A stretch of 61,188 bases of DNA from Candidatus Hydrothermarchaeota archaeon (GCA_015521615.1 WANW01000096.1:1-61188), one strand, 5' to 3'; counted from the stretch's first letter, positions 37,224-47,047 are shown. Numbers and translations: made by a program. Notes: generated by a model not told the origin, from the letters alone.

Positions 37224-40200
37224 ATGGCGATAAAAAAGATAAGAAAGCGGGACGGACGCCTTGAAGACTTCAACCCCGAGAAGATACGCAACGCAATATT
37301 AAAGGCCTTCATCGCCACAGGCGAGGGCAACGGCGAGGTTGCGGGCGACATAGCGAGGGAGGTGGTTGCCCGCGTTGAGGAGCGCTTCCCCAGGGCGATC
37401 CCTGGTGTGGAGGATGTGCAGGACATAGTGGAGGAGACGCTTATAAAGCGGGGCTACGCCAAGGTTGCGAAGGCGTACATACTCTACAGGAAGGAGCGCG
37501 AGCAGATTCGCGCCGCGAAGAGCTTCATCGGCGTGCGTGACGATTTAAAGCTGAGCGTCAACGCCACGCAGGTGCTGCAGAAGCGCTACCTGCTAAAGAA
37601 CGACAGGGGCGAGGTGATTGAAACCCCTGCGCAGATGTTCAGGCGTGTTGCGAGGGCGATAGCGAGGGTGGAGAAGCGCTACGGCGGAGACGTTTCCGGG
37701 GCCGAGAAGCGCTTCTACTCCGCCATGGTCAGGCTGGACTTCCTGCCCAACTCGCCCACGCTGATGAACGCAGGCACCCGCCTGGGGCAGCTCAGCGCGT
37801 GTTTCGTCCTCCCGGTGGAGGACTCGCTGGATAGCATCTTCGATGCGCTGAAGCACATGGCGCTGGTGCAGCAGAGCGGCGGGGGCACGGGCTTCAGCTT
37901 CTCAAAGCTGCGCCCGCGCGGCGACATAGTGCGCTCCACAAAGGGCGTCGCCTCTGGCCCGGTTTCCTTTATCCGCATCTTCGACGTTACCACAGATGTT
38001 ATAAAGCAGGGGGGAAAGCGCCGCGGGGCGAACATGGGCATTCTGCGCGTTGACCACCCGGACATAATAGAGTTTATCACAGCCAAGCAGCAGGAGGGCG
38101 TGCTTGAGAACTTCAACCTGAGCGTTGGCGTGACCGACGCCTTTATGCGAGCGGTGCGCAGGGATGAGGAGTACCCGCTGGTGAACCCGAGGAACGGCGA
38201 GGTGGTGCGCCACGTCAGGGCAAGAGACGTGTTCGACATGATTGTAACCGCCGCCTGGCGCACCGGCGATCCTGGGCTGGTTTTCCTGGACGAGGTGAAC
38301 CGCCACAACCCCACGCCGGAGCTGGGCGAGATAGAGAGCACAAACCCGTGCGTAACCGGCGACACGCTGGTTGCAACTTCACAAGGACTTGAGAGGATTT
38401 CAGAGATCGTCGGGAAGAGGCGGGAGGTGCTCGTTGACCCTCGCCTCAACGGCGGCAGAGCAGAGCTCAGGCATGCTCTGAGGATTTTTAAGACGGGGAT
38501 AAAGAGGGTTTACAGGCTGCGCACCCGCGCGGGCTATGAGCTCCGTGCCACGGCAGAGCACCCTGTTCTAACACCCAGAGGCTGGCGAAGGGTTGGCGAG
38601 CTCAGGAAGGGCGACAGGGTGCTGATCCAGAGCGCTGGTGTGTTTAACAGGAGCTACGAGCTTCCTTTTGATGTTGAGGAGCTCAACAACCTGACGAAGC
38701 GGAGGAGGCTGCGCCTGCCTTCTAAATGGTCCCGCGAGCTGGGGCAGGTGCTCGGCTGGCTCATCGGCGACGGCGCTCTAACAGAGGAGAAGGCGATATT
38801 CTACTTCGGGAAGGATGAGGCAGAGCTACTGCCCTACTTCGCCAGAATACTGAACCGCTGGAACGCGTGCGAAGTAAGACCGCAGGAGTACGGCGGCGTT
38901 AAGAGGCTGCAGTACCATGCGAGGGGGATGGTGGAGTTCTTCGCAAAGCTCGGGGTTAAGCGGGCGAAGACCATGGAGAAAGAGGTTCCCAAGGCGCTGT
39001 TCACGGCTCCAAGAGAGGCGGTTGCTGGCTTCCTTCAGGCGCTTTTCACAGCCGACGGTACCATAGGCACGGGAAAGAACCGCGGACAGGTGAGGCTGAC
39101 CACCGCCTCGGAGAAGCTCGCGAAGCAGGTGCAGCTCCTCCTGCTGAACTTTGGCATAAAGGCAAAGATGTACAAGCGGAGGTACAGCAGGTCAAAGGCT
39201 TTTGTTTACAGCACCGTGGGAGGAGAGCGAAGGCGGTATGAGAGCAGGGCTGAGCACTACTACGAGCTTGTGATCACCAGGCAGAGCCTGGGCAGGTTTG
39301 CCGGGGAGATAGGCTTCCTGCCCTGCAGGAAGCGAAGCGCCTTCATGGAGAGGATGCCAAACAGGCGTGGAGCCTTTTACCGGGATACCTTTGTGGACGA
39401 AGTTGAGGAGGTTGTGGAAGAGGGTGAGGAGGAGGTTTATGACCTGACAGAACCCTGCTACCACTCTTTCATAGCCAACGGGATAGTGGTGCACAACTGC
39501 GGCGAGGTGCCTCTTTTGCCATACGAGTCCTGCAACCTGGGCTCAATCAACCTCTCGCATTTTGTCAGGAAGGGCGAGGTCGACTGGGAGCGTCTTCGCG
39601 AGGCAGTCCGCCTGGGCGTTCACTTCCTGGACAACGTTATAGATGCGAACCGCTACCCCCTCAAAGCGATAGAGCGCATGACAAAAGGCAACCGCAAGAT
39701 TGGCTTGGGCGTGATGGGCTGGGCTGAGATGCTGATAATGCTGGGGCTGCGCTACGATACCAAAGAGGCGGTGAGCTTTGCGGAGAAGCTCATGGGCTTC
39801 ATCCAGCGCGAGGCAAAGCAGGCCTCGAGAGAGCTCGCGGAGCAGAGGGGCTCCTTCCCGAACATAGACAAGAGCATCTACGCGGGCGAAGCGATGCGCA
39901 ACGCCACGGTTACCACGATAGCCCCGACGGGCACGATAAGCATAATCGCGGGCACGAGTTCCGGAATAGAGCCGCTCTTCGCGATATCCTTCATACGCAA
40001 TGTGATGGAGGGCACAAAGCTGCTGGAGGTGAACCCCCTCTTCGAGCGCATCGCGAGGGAGAGGGGCTTCTACTCCACCTCGCTGATGATGAAGATAGCC
40101 AAGAGCGGCTCAATCCAGGATATCAAGGAGATACCCCGAGACGTGCGCGAGCTCTTTGTCACCGCCCTGGATATAGCGCCGGAGTGGCATGTGCGCATGC

Positions 40201-40463
40201 AGGCGGCCTTCCAGAAGCACGTGGACAATGCGGTGAGCAAGACCATAAACCTGCCCCACGACGCCAGCTTGGAGGACGTGCGAAGAGCGTTTATGCTCGC
40301 CTACGAGCTTAAATGCAAGGGGATTACGGTCTATCGCTACGGGAGCAAGCGGGAGCAGGTGCTCTACATCGGGCCAATCTTCAAGAGGGAGACGGGCGAG
40401 GAGCACATCAGCGCGGATGCGGAATACTCGGGAGGCTGCCCCACGAGAGAGTGCATAGTGTGA
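37224..40463 (+). CDS. nrdJ: adenosylcobalamin-dependent (class II) ribonucleotide reductase with an N-terminal ATP-cone, interrupted by one intein
   Basis: The ATP-cone is IRKRDGRLEDFNPEKIRNAILKA. Class II motifs are SPTLMNAG and TNP|CGE...ESCNLGSINL. A C-terminal Cys pair is present. The extein is about 696 aa and the intein 383 aa. Confidence 0.9.
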   Translation: MAIKKIRKRDGRLEDFNPEKIRNAILKAFIATGEGNGEVAGDIAREVVARVEERFPRAIPGVEDVQDIVEETLIKRGYAKVAKAYILYRKEREQIRAAKSFIGVRDDLKLSVNATQVLQKRYLLKNDRGEVIETPAQMFRRVARAIARVEKRYGGDVSGAEKRFYSAMVRLDFLPNSPTLMNAGTRLGQLSACFVLPVEDSLDSIFDALKHMALVQQSGGGTGFSFSKLRPRGDIVRSTKGVASGPVSFIRIFDVTTDVIKQGGKRRGANMGILRVDHPDIIEFITAKQQEGVLENFNLSVGVTDAFMRAVRRDEEYPLVNPRNGEVVRHVRARDVFDMIVTAAWRTGDPGLVFLDEVNRHNPTPELGEIESTNPCVTGDTLVATSQGLERISEIVGKRREVLVDPRLNGGRAELRHALRIFKTGIKRVYRLRTRAGYELRATAEHPVLTPRGWRRVGELRKGDRVLIQSAGVFNRSYELPFDVEELNNLTKRRRLRLPSKWSRELGQVLGWLIGDGALTEEKAIFYFGKDEAELLPYFARILNRWNACEVRPQEYGGVKRLQYHARGMVEFFAKLGVKRAKTMEKEVPKALFTAPREAVAGFLQALFTADGTIGTGKNRGQVRLTTASEKLAKQVQLLLLNFGIKAKMYKRRYSRSKAFVYSTVGGERRRYESRAEHYYELVITRQSLGRFAGEIGFLPCRKRSAFMERMPNRRGAFYRDTFVDEVEEVVEEGEEEVYDLTEPCYHSFIANGIVVHNCGEVPLLPYESCNLGSINLSHFVRKGEVDWERLREAVRLGVHFLDNVIDANRYPLKAIERMTKGNRKIGLGVMGWAEMLIMLGLRYDTKEAVSFAEKLMGFIQREAKQASRELAEQRGSFPNIDKSIYAGEAMRNATVTTIAPTGTISIIAGTSSGIEPLFAISFIRNVMEGTKLLEVNPLFERIARERGFYSTSLMMKIAKSGSIQDIKEIPRDVRELFVTALDIAPEWHVRMQAAFQKHVDNAVSKTINLPHDASLEDVRRAFMLAYELKCKGITVYRYGSKREQVLYIGPIFKRETGEEHISADAEYSGGCPTRECIV
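38349..39497 (+). mobile_element. intein (383 aa) with a LAGLIDADG homing-endonuclease domain, inserted in the NPCGE active-site motif
   Basis: It starts with CVTGDTLV (block A) and has TAEHPVL (block B). The two dodecapeptide motifs are LGWLIGDGAL and VAGFLQALFTADGTIG. Block G is GIVVHN, followed by the +1 Cys (CGEVPL). Confidence 0.9.
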
Positions 40464-40468
40464 TTCCC

Positions 40469-40987
40469 ATGCGGGGTCTGGTTTACCTCTACACGGGCGA
40501 GGGCGAGGGGAAAACCACCAACGCCATAGGCCTTGCGGTTCGCGCCGTGGGGCACGGGTTTAAGGCTATAGTGGTACAGTTCCTGAAGGGCAACCCGGAC
40601 ATAGGGGAGTACAAGGTGCAGAAGAAGCTTGCGCCTCTCTATGAGGTGCACCAGTTCGGAAGCAGGCACTACATCGACCTTCTCCACCCGCGTGCAGAGG
40701 ACAGGGAGCACGCCCGCAAGGCGCTCGCCTTTGCGAAGCAGGCTTTAAAGCAGAAGCCCCGCATCCTCGTGCTGGACGAGGTAAACCTTGCCGCCGCCTT
40801 CGGGCTTGTGCCCAAGGAGGAGGTTCTCGAGCTTATGGAGCGCGTACCCCCGGAGACTGTGCTGGTGCTCACCGGCAGGCGGGCTCCGAAGGAGTTCATA
40901 GAAAAGGCCGACCTGGTGACTGAGATGAAGCTTGTGAAGCACCCCTACCAGCGTGGATTTATGGGGAGGCGAGGTGTGGAGTATTAA
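40469..40987 (+). CDS. cobO: ATP:cob(I)alamin adenosyltransferase (CobA/CobO/BtuR type)
   Basis: The sequence MRGLVYLYTGEGEGKTTNAIGLAVRAVGHGFKAIVVQFLKG is P-loop-like. The motifs VLDEVNLA and VLTGR are present. The real start lies 52 codons inside the track ORF. Confidence 0.8.
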   Translation: MRGLVYLYTGEGEGKTTNAIGLAVRAVGHGFKAIVVQFLKGNPDIGEYKVQKKLAPLYEVHQFGSRHYIDLLHPRAEDREHARKALAFAKQALKQKPRILVLDEVNLAAAFGLVPKEEVLELMERVPPETVLVLTGRRAPKEFIEKADLVTEMKLVKHPYQRGFMGRRGVEY

Positions 40988-41613
40988 AGCAGACGCTCGT
41001 ACCTCTCAACCTTCTTCATCAAATCCTCCCTCTCCAGCTCCAGCTTGCCGATTCTCTCTTTAAGCAGGAAAATTTCCTTTTCCTGTTCCTCCAGCTTTCT
41101 ATCCTTCTTCTCAATCTCCTTCTCCTTCTCCGCCAGGTACCTTGTAAGAGTTTTGACCTCTGCCTCAAGTTCTGCACTCTTGCGCATAACCTCGCGCAGC
41201 TCACGCTCCTTTTCGAGGAGCTGCACCTTCTTCTCTTCTATGTCCTCGCGGTAGCCCTCCACCTTGGCCTTGAAGGCGGCCCTCTCGTTGGTTAGGTCGA
41301 GGATAATACGTTCCTTCTCTTCCAGCTCCTTTTTAAGCCCTTCAAGCTCACTTTCCATCTTCACAAGCAGGTTTGTTTTCTCATCCAGCATTACCTTCAA
41401 CGCCTTTATTTCGCTCTCAGCTTTCTTGTAGAGCTCTTTAAGCTCATCCCTCTCCTTTCTGTACTTCTCCAGCTGGGTTCTCTCCCCCTCCAGCTCCTGA
41501 AGAAGCTGCTCCTTCTCCTTTAGCTGCTTCAGCAGCGACTCTTCATGCTGCTTCAGCTTGTTTATTTTGTCCTCGTAAAACTCCTTTTCCGTCGCATGCA
41601 TAATGTTACGCAT
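40984..41613 (-). CDS. coiled-coil protein (Lys/Glu-rich)
   Basis: The protein is 209 aa of continuous heptad-like EK-rich sequence, and I recognise no domain. Confidence 0.55.
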   Translation of the reverse strand: MRNIMHATEKEFYEDKINKLKQHEESLLKQLKEKEQLLQELEGERTQLEKYRKERDELKELYKKAESEIKALKVMLDEKTNLLVKMESELEGLKKELEEKERIILDLTNERAAFKAKVEGYREDIEEKKVQLLEKERELREVMRKSAELEAEVKTLTRYLAEKEKEIEKKDRKLEEQEKEIFLLKERIGKLELEREDLMKKVERYERLL

Positions 41614-41623
41614 CCTTTAAAAG

Positions 41624-41697
41624 TGGAGTGGGGGAGATTTGAACTCCCGACCACTCGATCTTCAGTCGAGCGCTCTCCCAGGCTGAGCTACCACTCC
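41624..41697 (-). tRNA. tRNA-Phe (anticodon GAA)
   Basis: The reverse complement folds as GGAGTGG-TA-GCTC-AGCCTGGGA-GAGC-G-CTCGA-CTGAAGA-TCGAG-TGGTC-GGGAG-TTCAAAT-CTCCC-CCACTCC-A. All stems are Watson-Crick. It is 74 nt, and no CCA is encoded. Confidence 0.92.
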
Positions 41698-41844
41698 TGG
41701 GTAATATCATAATCTAAGCACGAACTTAAATATTTTACTCCGCTCTGTATTTTTAACATCATAAATCAGGTATAACCCCGGCGCCGGTTAAGTCCCCGCA
41801 AGTTATTTATAGCCTCTATTATAAAAATTGTTGGAGGGCGTGAT

Positions 41845-43056
41845 ATGAAAAGCGGATTAATTCTATTAACGTGCCTGATATTCTTCATTCCACCTGCTTT
41901 TGCGGATAATGTAGATTTCTACATAATGAAAATCTCTCCAGAAGAAGTTGCTCCGGGTGAAACCACAACTCTGACCATAACAATTGCGAATCTGGGCATA
42001 GATTATGCTGCATATGTACATGCGGTGCTCGACCCTGAGTCAACCTCGCCTCTCTCAGTGCTCGGGGCAAAGAAGATATATGTAACGAAGTACGCTGCAG
42101 AGGGGCAGCCAACCAAGTACTTCGGGGTGATACTTCAGAATGAGAGATTTACTGTGAGATACCGGGTGCATGTGGATAAGGATACAGCATTTGGGACGTA
42201 TACGGTCCCCCTGAAGCTGGTCTGGCGGGATGAGTACAATAATGTGCAGAGCGAGACCCTTGAGTTCGGCCTGAAGGTGGCCGGTGACCCAGAGATTGTT
42301 ATTTCTGGGGTTAACAAAACCCCTGCAAGGATTTACCCGGATACAGAATTTACACTTGTAATCGCCTTTGAGAACATAGGCACAGCGAAGGCCGAAAATG
42401 TTAAAGTTGAGCTTTCATTGCCTCAGGGGATAACCGGTGAGAGGGTCGCATTTCTTGGGACACTGGAGAGGAACAGACAGGCGGCTGCAGCATTCTCCCT
42501 GAAGGCTGAAAAGGAGGCCGAGGCAGGGGCAAGGAAGATTGGGGTGAAGTTGAGCTATACCACAGAAGAGAAGGCACGTGAAGAGTTTGATAAAGAGGTG
42601 GAGATATTTATTTACGAGAAGGAGCCGGCGAAGCTTGAGGTTGCTGGCTTGGATACTTCTCCGGCAAAGCTCACACCAGGTAAAGCCTTCACCCTCTCAA
42701 TTCAGCTTGAGAACATAGGCAAGCAGGACGCAAAGGCGGTGAAGGTTGAGCTTTCCCTGCCAGAGACATTCTCAGGTGCAAGAACCTCTTACCTGGGCAC
42801 AATAAAACAGGACGATACCTCCACTGCGATTTTTGACCTGGAAGTTTTACCCCTCGCAGAGCCAAAGAGCTACAGTCTGCCTGTGAAGATCTACTACCTC
42901 GACGAGAAGGGCAGGCTCCACGAGGAGGAAAGGGAGATAGCACTAACCGTAACCAGACCCGAAAAGCGTATGCCGCTGAAACTGCTCGCAGGCATCGGGA
43001 TACTGCTGATTGCTGGTATTGTCTGGTGGCGCAGGCGGAAAAGCGCCCAGCTCTAG
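41845..43056 (+). CDS. secreted multi-domain surface protein (COG1361 / CARDB-like repeats) with a C-terminal TM anchor
   Basis: A signal peptide is present. Repeated modules read LTITIANLGIDYAAYVHAVL, LVIAFENIGTAKAENVKVELSLPQGITG and LSIQLENIGKQDAKAVKVELSLPETFSG. The C-terminus is LLAGIGILLIAGIVWWRRRK. Confidence 0.7.
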   Translation: MKSGLILLTCLIFFIPPAFADNVDFYIMKISPEEVAPGETTTLTITIANLGIDYAAYVHAVLDPESTSPLSVLGAKKIYVTKYAAEGQPTKYFGVILQNERFTVRYRVHVDKDTAFGTYTVPLKLVWRDEYNNVQSETLEFGLKVAGDPEIVISGVNKTPARIYPDTEFTLVIAFENIGTAKAENVKVELSLPQGITGERVAFLGTLERNRQAAAAFSLKAEKEAEAGARKIGVKLSYTTEEKAREEFDKEVEIFIYEKEPAKLEVAGLDTSPAKLTPGKAFTLSIQLENIGKQDAKAVKVELSLPETFSGARTSYLGTIKQDDTSTAIFDLEVLPLAEPKSYSLPVKIYYLDEKGRLHEEEREIALTVTRPEKRMPLKLLAGIGILLIAGIVWWRRRKSAQL

Positions 43057-43066
43057 GGGGCGTTAG

Positions 43067-43753
43067 ATGGTAATTAGGCTCGAGAATGTGGTTAAGATAT
43101 ACCGCCTGGGCAAGGTTGAGGTGCCCGCACTGAGAGGGGTAAACCTGGAAATACCCAAAGGTGAGTACGCCTCTATTATGGGCCCTTCGGGTTCTGGAAA
43201 GAGTACCCTGATGAATTTAATAGGAGCCCTGGACAGGCCAACCAGCGGGAAGGTCTACATTGATGGTGTGGATATAGCAAAGCTGAACGACGAGCGCCTT
43301 GCAATGCTCAGGAGGAAGAAGATTGGATTTGTATTCCAGCAGTTCAATCTTATAAACAAGCTTACGGCGCTGGAGAATGTGGCGCTGCCAATGTGGTTCG
43401 CCGGTGTTAGCAGGGCTGCGAGAATGCGCCGTGCCAAAGAACTGCTTGAGCTTGTTGGGCTTGGGGAAAGGCTGCACCACAAGCCGGCGGAGCTAAGCGG
43501 TGGTGAACGGCAGCGCGTGGCTATAGCGAGGGCGCTCGCCAATGACCCGGAGATAATTCTCGCTGATGAGCCCACCGGTAACCTGGACACCGCCTCAGGC
43601 ATGGTGGTTATTGAGCTCCTGGAGAAATTAAACAAACTCGGGAAAACCCTTGTTGTAGTGACCCATGACCCGGATTTTGGAAAGCGTGCGAGGATGAGGG
43701 TAAAGCTGAGAGACGGGATTGTACGGGAGATAGAGAGGGACGAAAATGCTTGA
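43067..43753 (+). CDS. ABC transporter ATP-binding protein (MacB/LolD family)
   Basis: Walker A is GPSGSGKST, the signature is LSGGERQRVAIARAL, and Walker B is ILADEPTGNLD. Confidence 0.9.
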   Translation: MVIRLENVVKIYRLGKVEVPALRGVNLEIPKGEYASIMGPSGSGKSTLMNLIGALDRPTSGKVYIDGVDIAKLNDERLAMLRRKKIGFVFQQFNLINKLTALENVALPMWFAGVSRAARMRRAKELLELVGLGERLHHKPAELSGGERQRVAIARALANDPEIILADEPTGNLDTASGMVVIELLEKLNKLGKTLVVVTHDPDFGKRARMRVKLRDGIVREIERDENA

Positions 43754-44933
43754 TTACATCCTATTTTCTGTTAAGAATCTCAGCCATCATAAAGTTCGGA
43801 GTTTTCTCACACTACTGGGGGTTATTATTGGAATAATGGCAGTTGTGTCCATGATCTCCATTGGCTCCGGGATGAAGGCTGCTCTAAAGGAGCAGCTGGA
43901 GCAGCTGGGCAGTGATAAGATTTTTATTATTCCAAGGCTGGCCTACGGTACGGCTGCGACTACCTTAACAGACGAGGATGCAGATGCAATTGAGCGCGTT
44001 GCGGGCGTTGCCTTTGTGTCGCCGCTCTACAGCGTTGCAGGCGATGTAGGCTTTCGCAATGAACGCAGAATTGTCAAGATATACGGGATTGACCCTGAGA
44101 AGGCAGAGGCCACTTTCGGCGGCGGCGCGAGTGGTTACCGCCTGCTGAAGGGGCGGTGGCTGCAGCGTGGAGACAGGTACAAGGTGGTTGTTGGTTATGG
44201 AGTTGCCAGTGATGTTTTTTCCAGGGACGTGAATGTGGGCAACACGCTTAAAATTCACGGCGTGGGATTTGAGGTGGTGGGTGTATTCAAGAAGACGGGC
44301 GACCGTGAGAAGGACTATACCATATACACCAACCTGGACACCATCCGGGATATCTTTGGCGCGGGCAATAAAGTTACACTGATAATAGCAAGGATAGATA
44401 AGGGTGCTGATATAGACGACGTGAGGCTGAGAATAGAGAATGAGCTTGAGAAGAGGAAAGGTTCCAAGGAGAACTTCTTTGTTATGACACAGAAGGAGAT
44501 CATTGAGCGCGTGGGTGAGGCATACCGTGTTGTGCAGGTCGTTTTTGGGGGCCTGGCTGCGGTTTCACTTATCGTTGGGGCAATAGGTATAGCAAATACC
44601 ATGATTATGAATGTCACAGAGCGTACCCGGGAAATCGGCATACTGAAGGCTACAGGGGCGAGTAATGCCCAGGTTATGAAGATTTTTCTGACGGATGCGG
44701 CATTTCTTGGCCTGGCTGGCGGGTGTATAGGTGTGGCCATGGGGTATCTCATCTCCCTGGCGATTAACACAGCAGCAGCACGCTATCTTGGCGAAGGGGT
44801 GTTAACCACAGCGGTGACACCTGAGCTGGTGCTTTTTGCACTGATCTTCTCCCTGGTGATAGGTGTGGTCGCCGGTCTGTATCCGGCATACCGTGCGCTC
44901 AGGCTTAATCCCGTGGAGGCGCTCCGGGCATGA
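43746..44933 (+). CDS. ABC transporter permease, FtsX/MacB type
   Basis: The layout is an N-terminal TM, a large extracytoplasmic domain and a C-terminal FtsX 3-TM bundle (TREIGILKATGAS). It overlaps the ATPase gene. Confidence 0.85.
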   Translation: MLDYILFSVKNLSHHKVRSFLTLLGVIIGIMAVVSMISIGSGMKAALKEQLEQLGSDKIFIIPRLAYGTAATTLTDEDADAIERVAGVAFVSPLYSVAGDVGFRNERRIVKIYGIDPEKAEATFGGGASGYRLLKGRWLQRGDRYKVVVGYGVASDVFSRDVNVGNTLKIHGVGFEVVGVFKKTGDREKDYTIYTNLDTIRDIFGAGNKVTLIIARIDKGADIDDVRLRIENELEKRKGSKENFFVMTQKEIIERVGEAYRVVQVVFGGLAAVSLIVGAIGIANTMIMNVTERTREIGILKATGASNAQVMKIFLTDAAFLGLAGGCIGVAMGYLISLAINTAAARYLGEGVLTTAVTPELVLFALIFSLVIGVVAGLYPAYRALRLNPVEALRA

Positions 44934-46117
44934 TTGAGGAGCTGAGCTATGCGATTAAGAACATGACCCAGGCAAAGCTGCGAACCTTCCTCACGGTGCT
45001 TGGTATAGTTATAGGCATTGCCATAATCGTGGCGATGGTGTCCATTGGTGAGGGTATGCGCACCAGCATAACCCAACAGCTGGATGCACTGGGTGGAGAT
45101 AAGATAATGATAACCCCGCCGCAGGCTTTTGCAGCCAGGGGTACGCCGATGGAGTTCAAGCCCTTCGACCAGGCAGACCTCCGTGCGATAAAAAGTCTGC
45201 CGAATGTCAAGGATGTGCTCCCCATCTTCTATCGCCCTGGAACAATAGAGTACATGGGTGAGAAGAAGGAGATCTATGTCACGGGTGTGGAGAGGAGAGG
45301 GGCGGAGTACTTCAGACAGTTCTATAGCATCCGCAAGGGCAGGTATTTTAACGACAATGAGTTGAAAAGTGTTAATCTGGGCTACCGTGTGGCCGAGAAG
45401 TTTTTCGACAAAAAGATAAGCGTTGGCGAGGTTGTGAAGATAAATCAGCGCCGCTTCAAGGTTGTGGGCGTCTTTGAGGAGATAGGCAATGCAGAGGATG
45501 ATTCCAGCGTATACATGCCCCTGAAGGCAGCACAGGACCTCTACGATGCGGGTGATGAAATAACAATGCTGTGGGTCATTGCCGAGAATGAGAATGCTGT
45601 GAAAACCCTGGCAAAGAAGATAGAGGACGTGCTGGAAAAGCGGCGCGGGGGTAAGGACTTTGAGGTTTTTACCACGGAGCAGCTTGCAGAGCAAATTGCC
45701 ACAGTGATAACAATAATAACCTTTGTACTTGGCGGAATAGCGGGCATCTCAATAATTGTGGGTGGGGTGATTATAATGAACACCATGCTTACGTCAGTGC
45801 TCGAGCGTACCCGTGAGATAGGGGTGATGAAGGCTATTGGCGCAACTGATGCCATGGTTCTGAGGATATTTCTTGTGGAGTCTGCACTCATAGGCGCCCT
45901 CGGAGGCGGCATTGGTCTGGTTCTGGGGGCGATTATCTCTAAGGCAATTGAATATGTGGGGCAGGTATACATAGGTTCGAGTTTCATAACAGTAATCGAC
46001 AGGAAGCTGGTGCTTGGAGCGCTTGGATTCTCCCTTCTGGTGGGAGTGCTGTCAGGTGTTTATCCGGCGTACAAGGCGGCGAAGCTTAATCCTATAGAGG
46101 CGCTTAGGTACGAGTAA
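44930..46117 (+). CDS. ABC transporter permease, FtsX/MacB type (second copy)
   Basis: The architecture is the same as the first permease (TREIGVMKAIGAT). An ATGA overlap links it to the preceding permease. Confidence 0.85.
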   Translation: MIEELSYAIKNMTQAKLRTFLTVLGIVIGIAIIVAMVSIGEGMRTSITQQLDALGGDKIMITPPQAFAARGTPMEFKPFDQADLRAIKSLPNVKDVLPIFYRPGTIEYMGEKKEIYVTGVERRGAEYFRQFYSIRKGRYFNDNELKSVNLGYRVAEKFFDKKISVGEVVKINQRRFKVVGVFEEIGNAEDDSSVYMPLKAAQDLYDAGDEITMLWVIAENENAVKTLAKKIEDVLEKRRGGKDFEVFTTEQLAEQIATVITIITFVLGGIAGISIIVGGVIIMNTMLTSVLERTREIGVMKAIGATDAMVLRIFLVESALIGALGGGIGLVLGAIISKAIEYVGQVYIGSSFITVIDRKLVLGALGFSLLVGVLSGVYPAYKAAKLNPIEALRYE

Positions 46118-46195
46118 CCAGGGGAGGACGACGGTCAAACCGTCTGCGGTTTGCGTAGAGCAAAATTCTTAAGCTATAAGGGTGATGCCTAAGCC

Positions 46196-47047
46196 ATGCT
46201 CCAGAAGCTCAGGATTATACTGGAGATGATAAAAATAGAGCATACCCTGTTTGCAATGCCCTTCCTCTACTCCGGGGCAATACTTGCTGCGCAGGGTCTG
46301 CCAAGTGCATGGACTCTCTTCTGGATAACCCTGGGCTTGTTCTCGGCGCGCACTGCCGCGATGTGTCTCAACCGCTTAATAGACCGGGAGATAGATGCGA
46401 GGAATCCGAGGACTGCTGACAGGGCATTGCCCCGTGGATTAGTCTCACCGCGGGAGGTCTGGGTTATTGTGGTCATTTCTCTGGCCCTGCTCCTGCTGGC
46501 GGCGGTGATGCTTAATGAACTCTGTGTAAAGCTCTACCCCATTGCAGTGGCGATAATCTGGGGTTATCCTTACATGAAGCGCTTTACATGGCTGAGTCAT
46601 CTTGTCCTGGGCTCGGCGCTTGCGATCGCTCCCTTTGGAGCGTGGGTAGCGGTGCGTGCAAGCATCGATTTGCCGGCGATTCTCCTTGCGGCGGCGGTAA
46701 TCTTCTGGGTTGCGGGCTTTGATATAATCTATGCAACGCAGGACCTGGAGTTTGACCGGCGCGAAGGGCTACACTCGATCCCTGTGCGCTTTGGCATAGC
46801 AAATGCCCTGAAAATCTCGTCGCTTTTCCATGGTGCTACCCTGTTATTCCTGCTCCTTCTCTATTTCTTTTCATCGCTGGGCAGGATTTACCTTCTCGGT
46901 CTCACGGTGATGTCAGCGCTTCTCGCCTATGAGCATGCAATAGTAAAACCAGAGAACCTTAAAAGGGTGGGTGTCGCCTTCTTTAACATAAATGTGCTCT
47001 TCAGCATCTGCCTCTTTACTTTCATAACCCTGGATGTTTTTATCTAA
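46196..47047 (+). CDS. UbiA family aromatic prenyltransferase (4-hydroxybenzoate polyprenyltransferase-like)
   Basis: The protein is multi-TM. The first Asp-rich motif is NRLIDREIDARNPRTADRALP and the second is YATQDLEFD. Confidence 0.75.
   Translation: MLQKLRIILEMIKIEHTLFAMPFLYSGAILAAQGLPSAWTLFWITLGLFSARTAAMCLNRLIDREIDARNPRTADRALPRGLVSPREVWVIVVISLALLLLAAVMLNELCVKLYPIAVAIIWGYPYMKRFTWLSHLVLGSALAIAPFGAWVAVRASIDLPAILLAAAVIFWVAGFDIIYATQDLEFDRREGLHSIPVRFGIANALKISSLFHGATLLFLLLLYFFSSLGRIYLLGLTVMSALLAYEHAIVKPENLKRVGVAFFNINVLFSICLFTFITLDVFI

Noticed and set aside
36878-38449. Minus-strand ORFs 36878..37426, 37715..38449 and 37902..38306 antisense to the Trbp111-like and RNR genes
   Set aside because: They are Ser/Arg/Pro-rich with no motifs and are fully contained in confidently assigned plus-strand genes.
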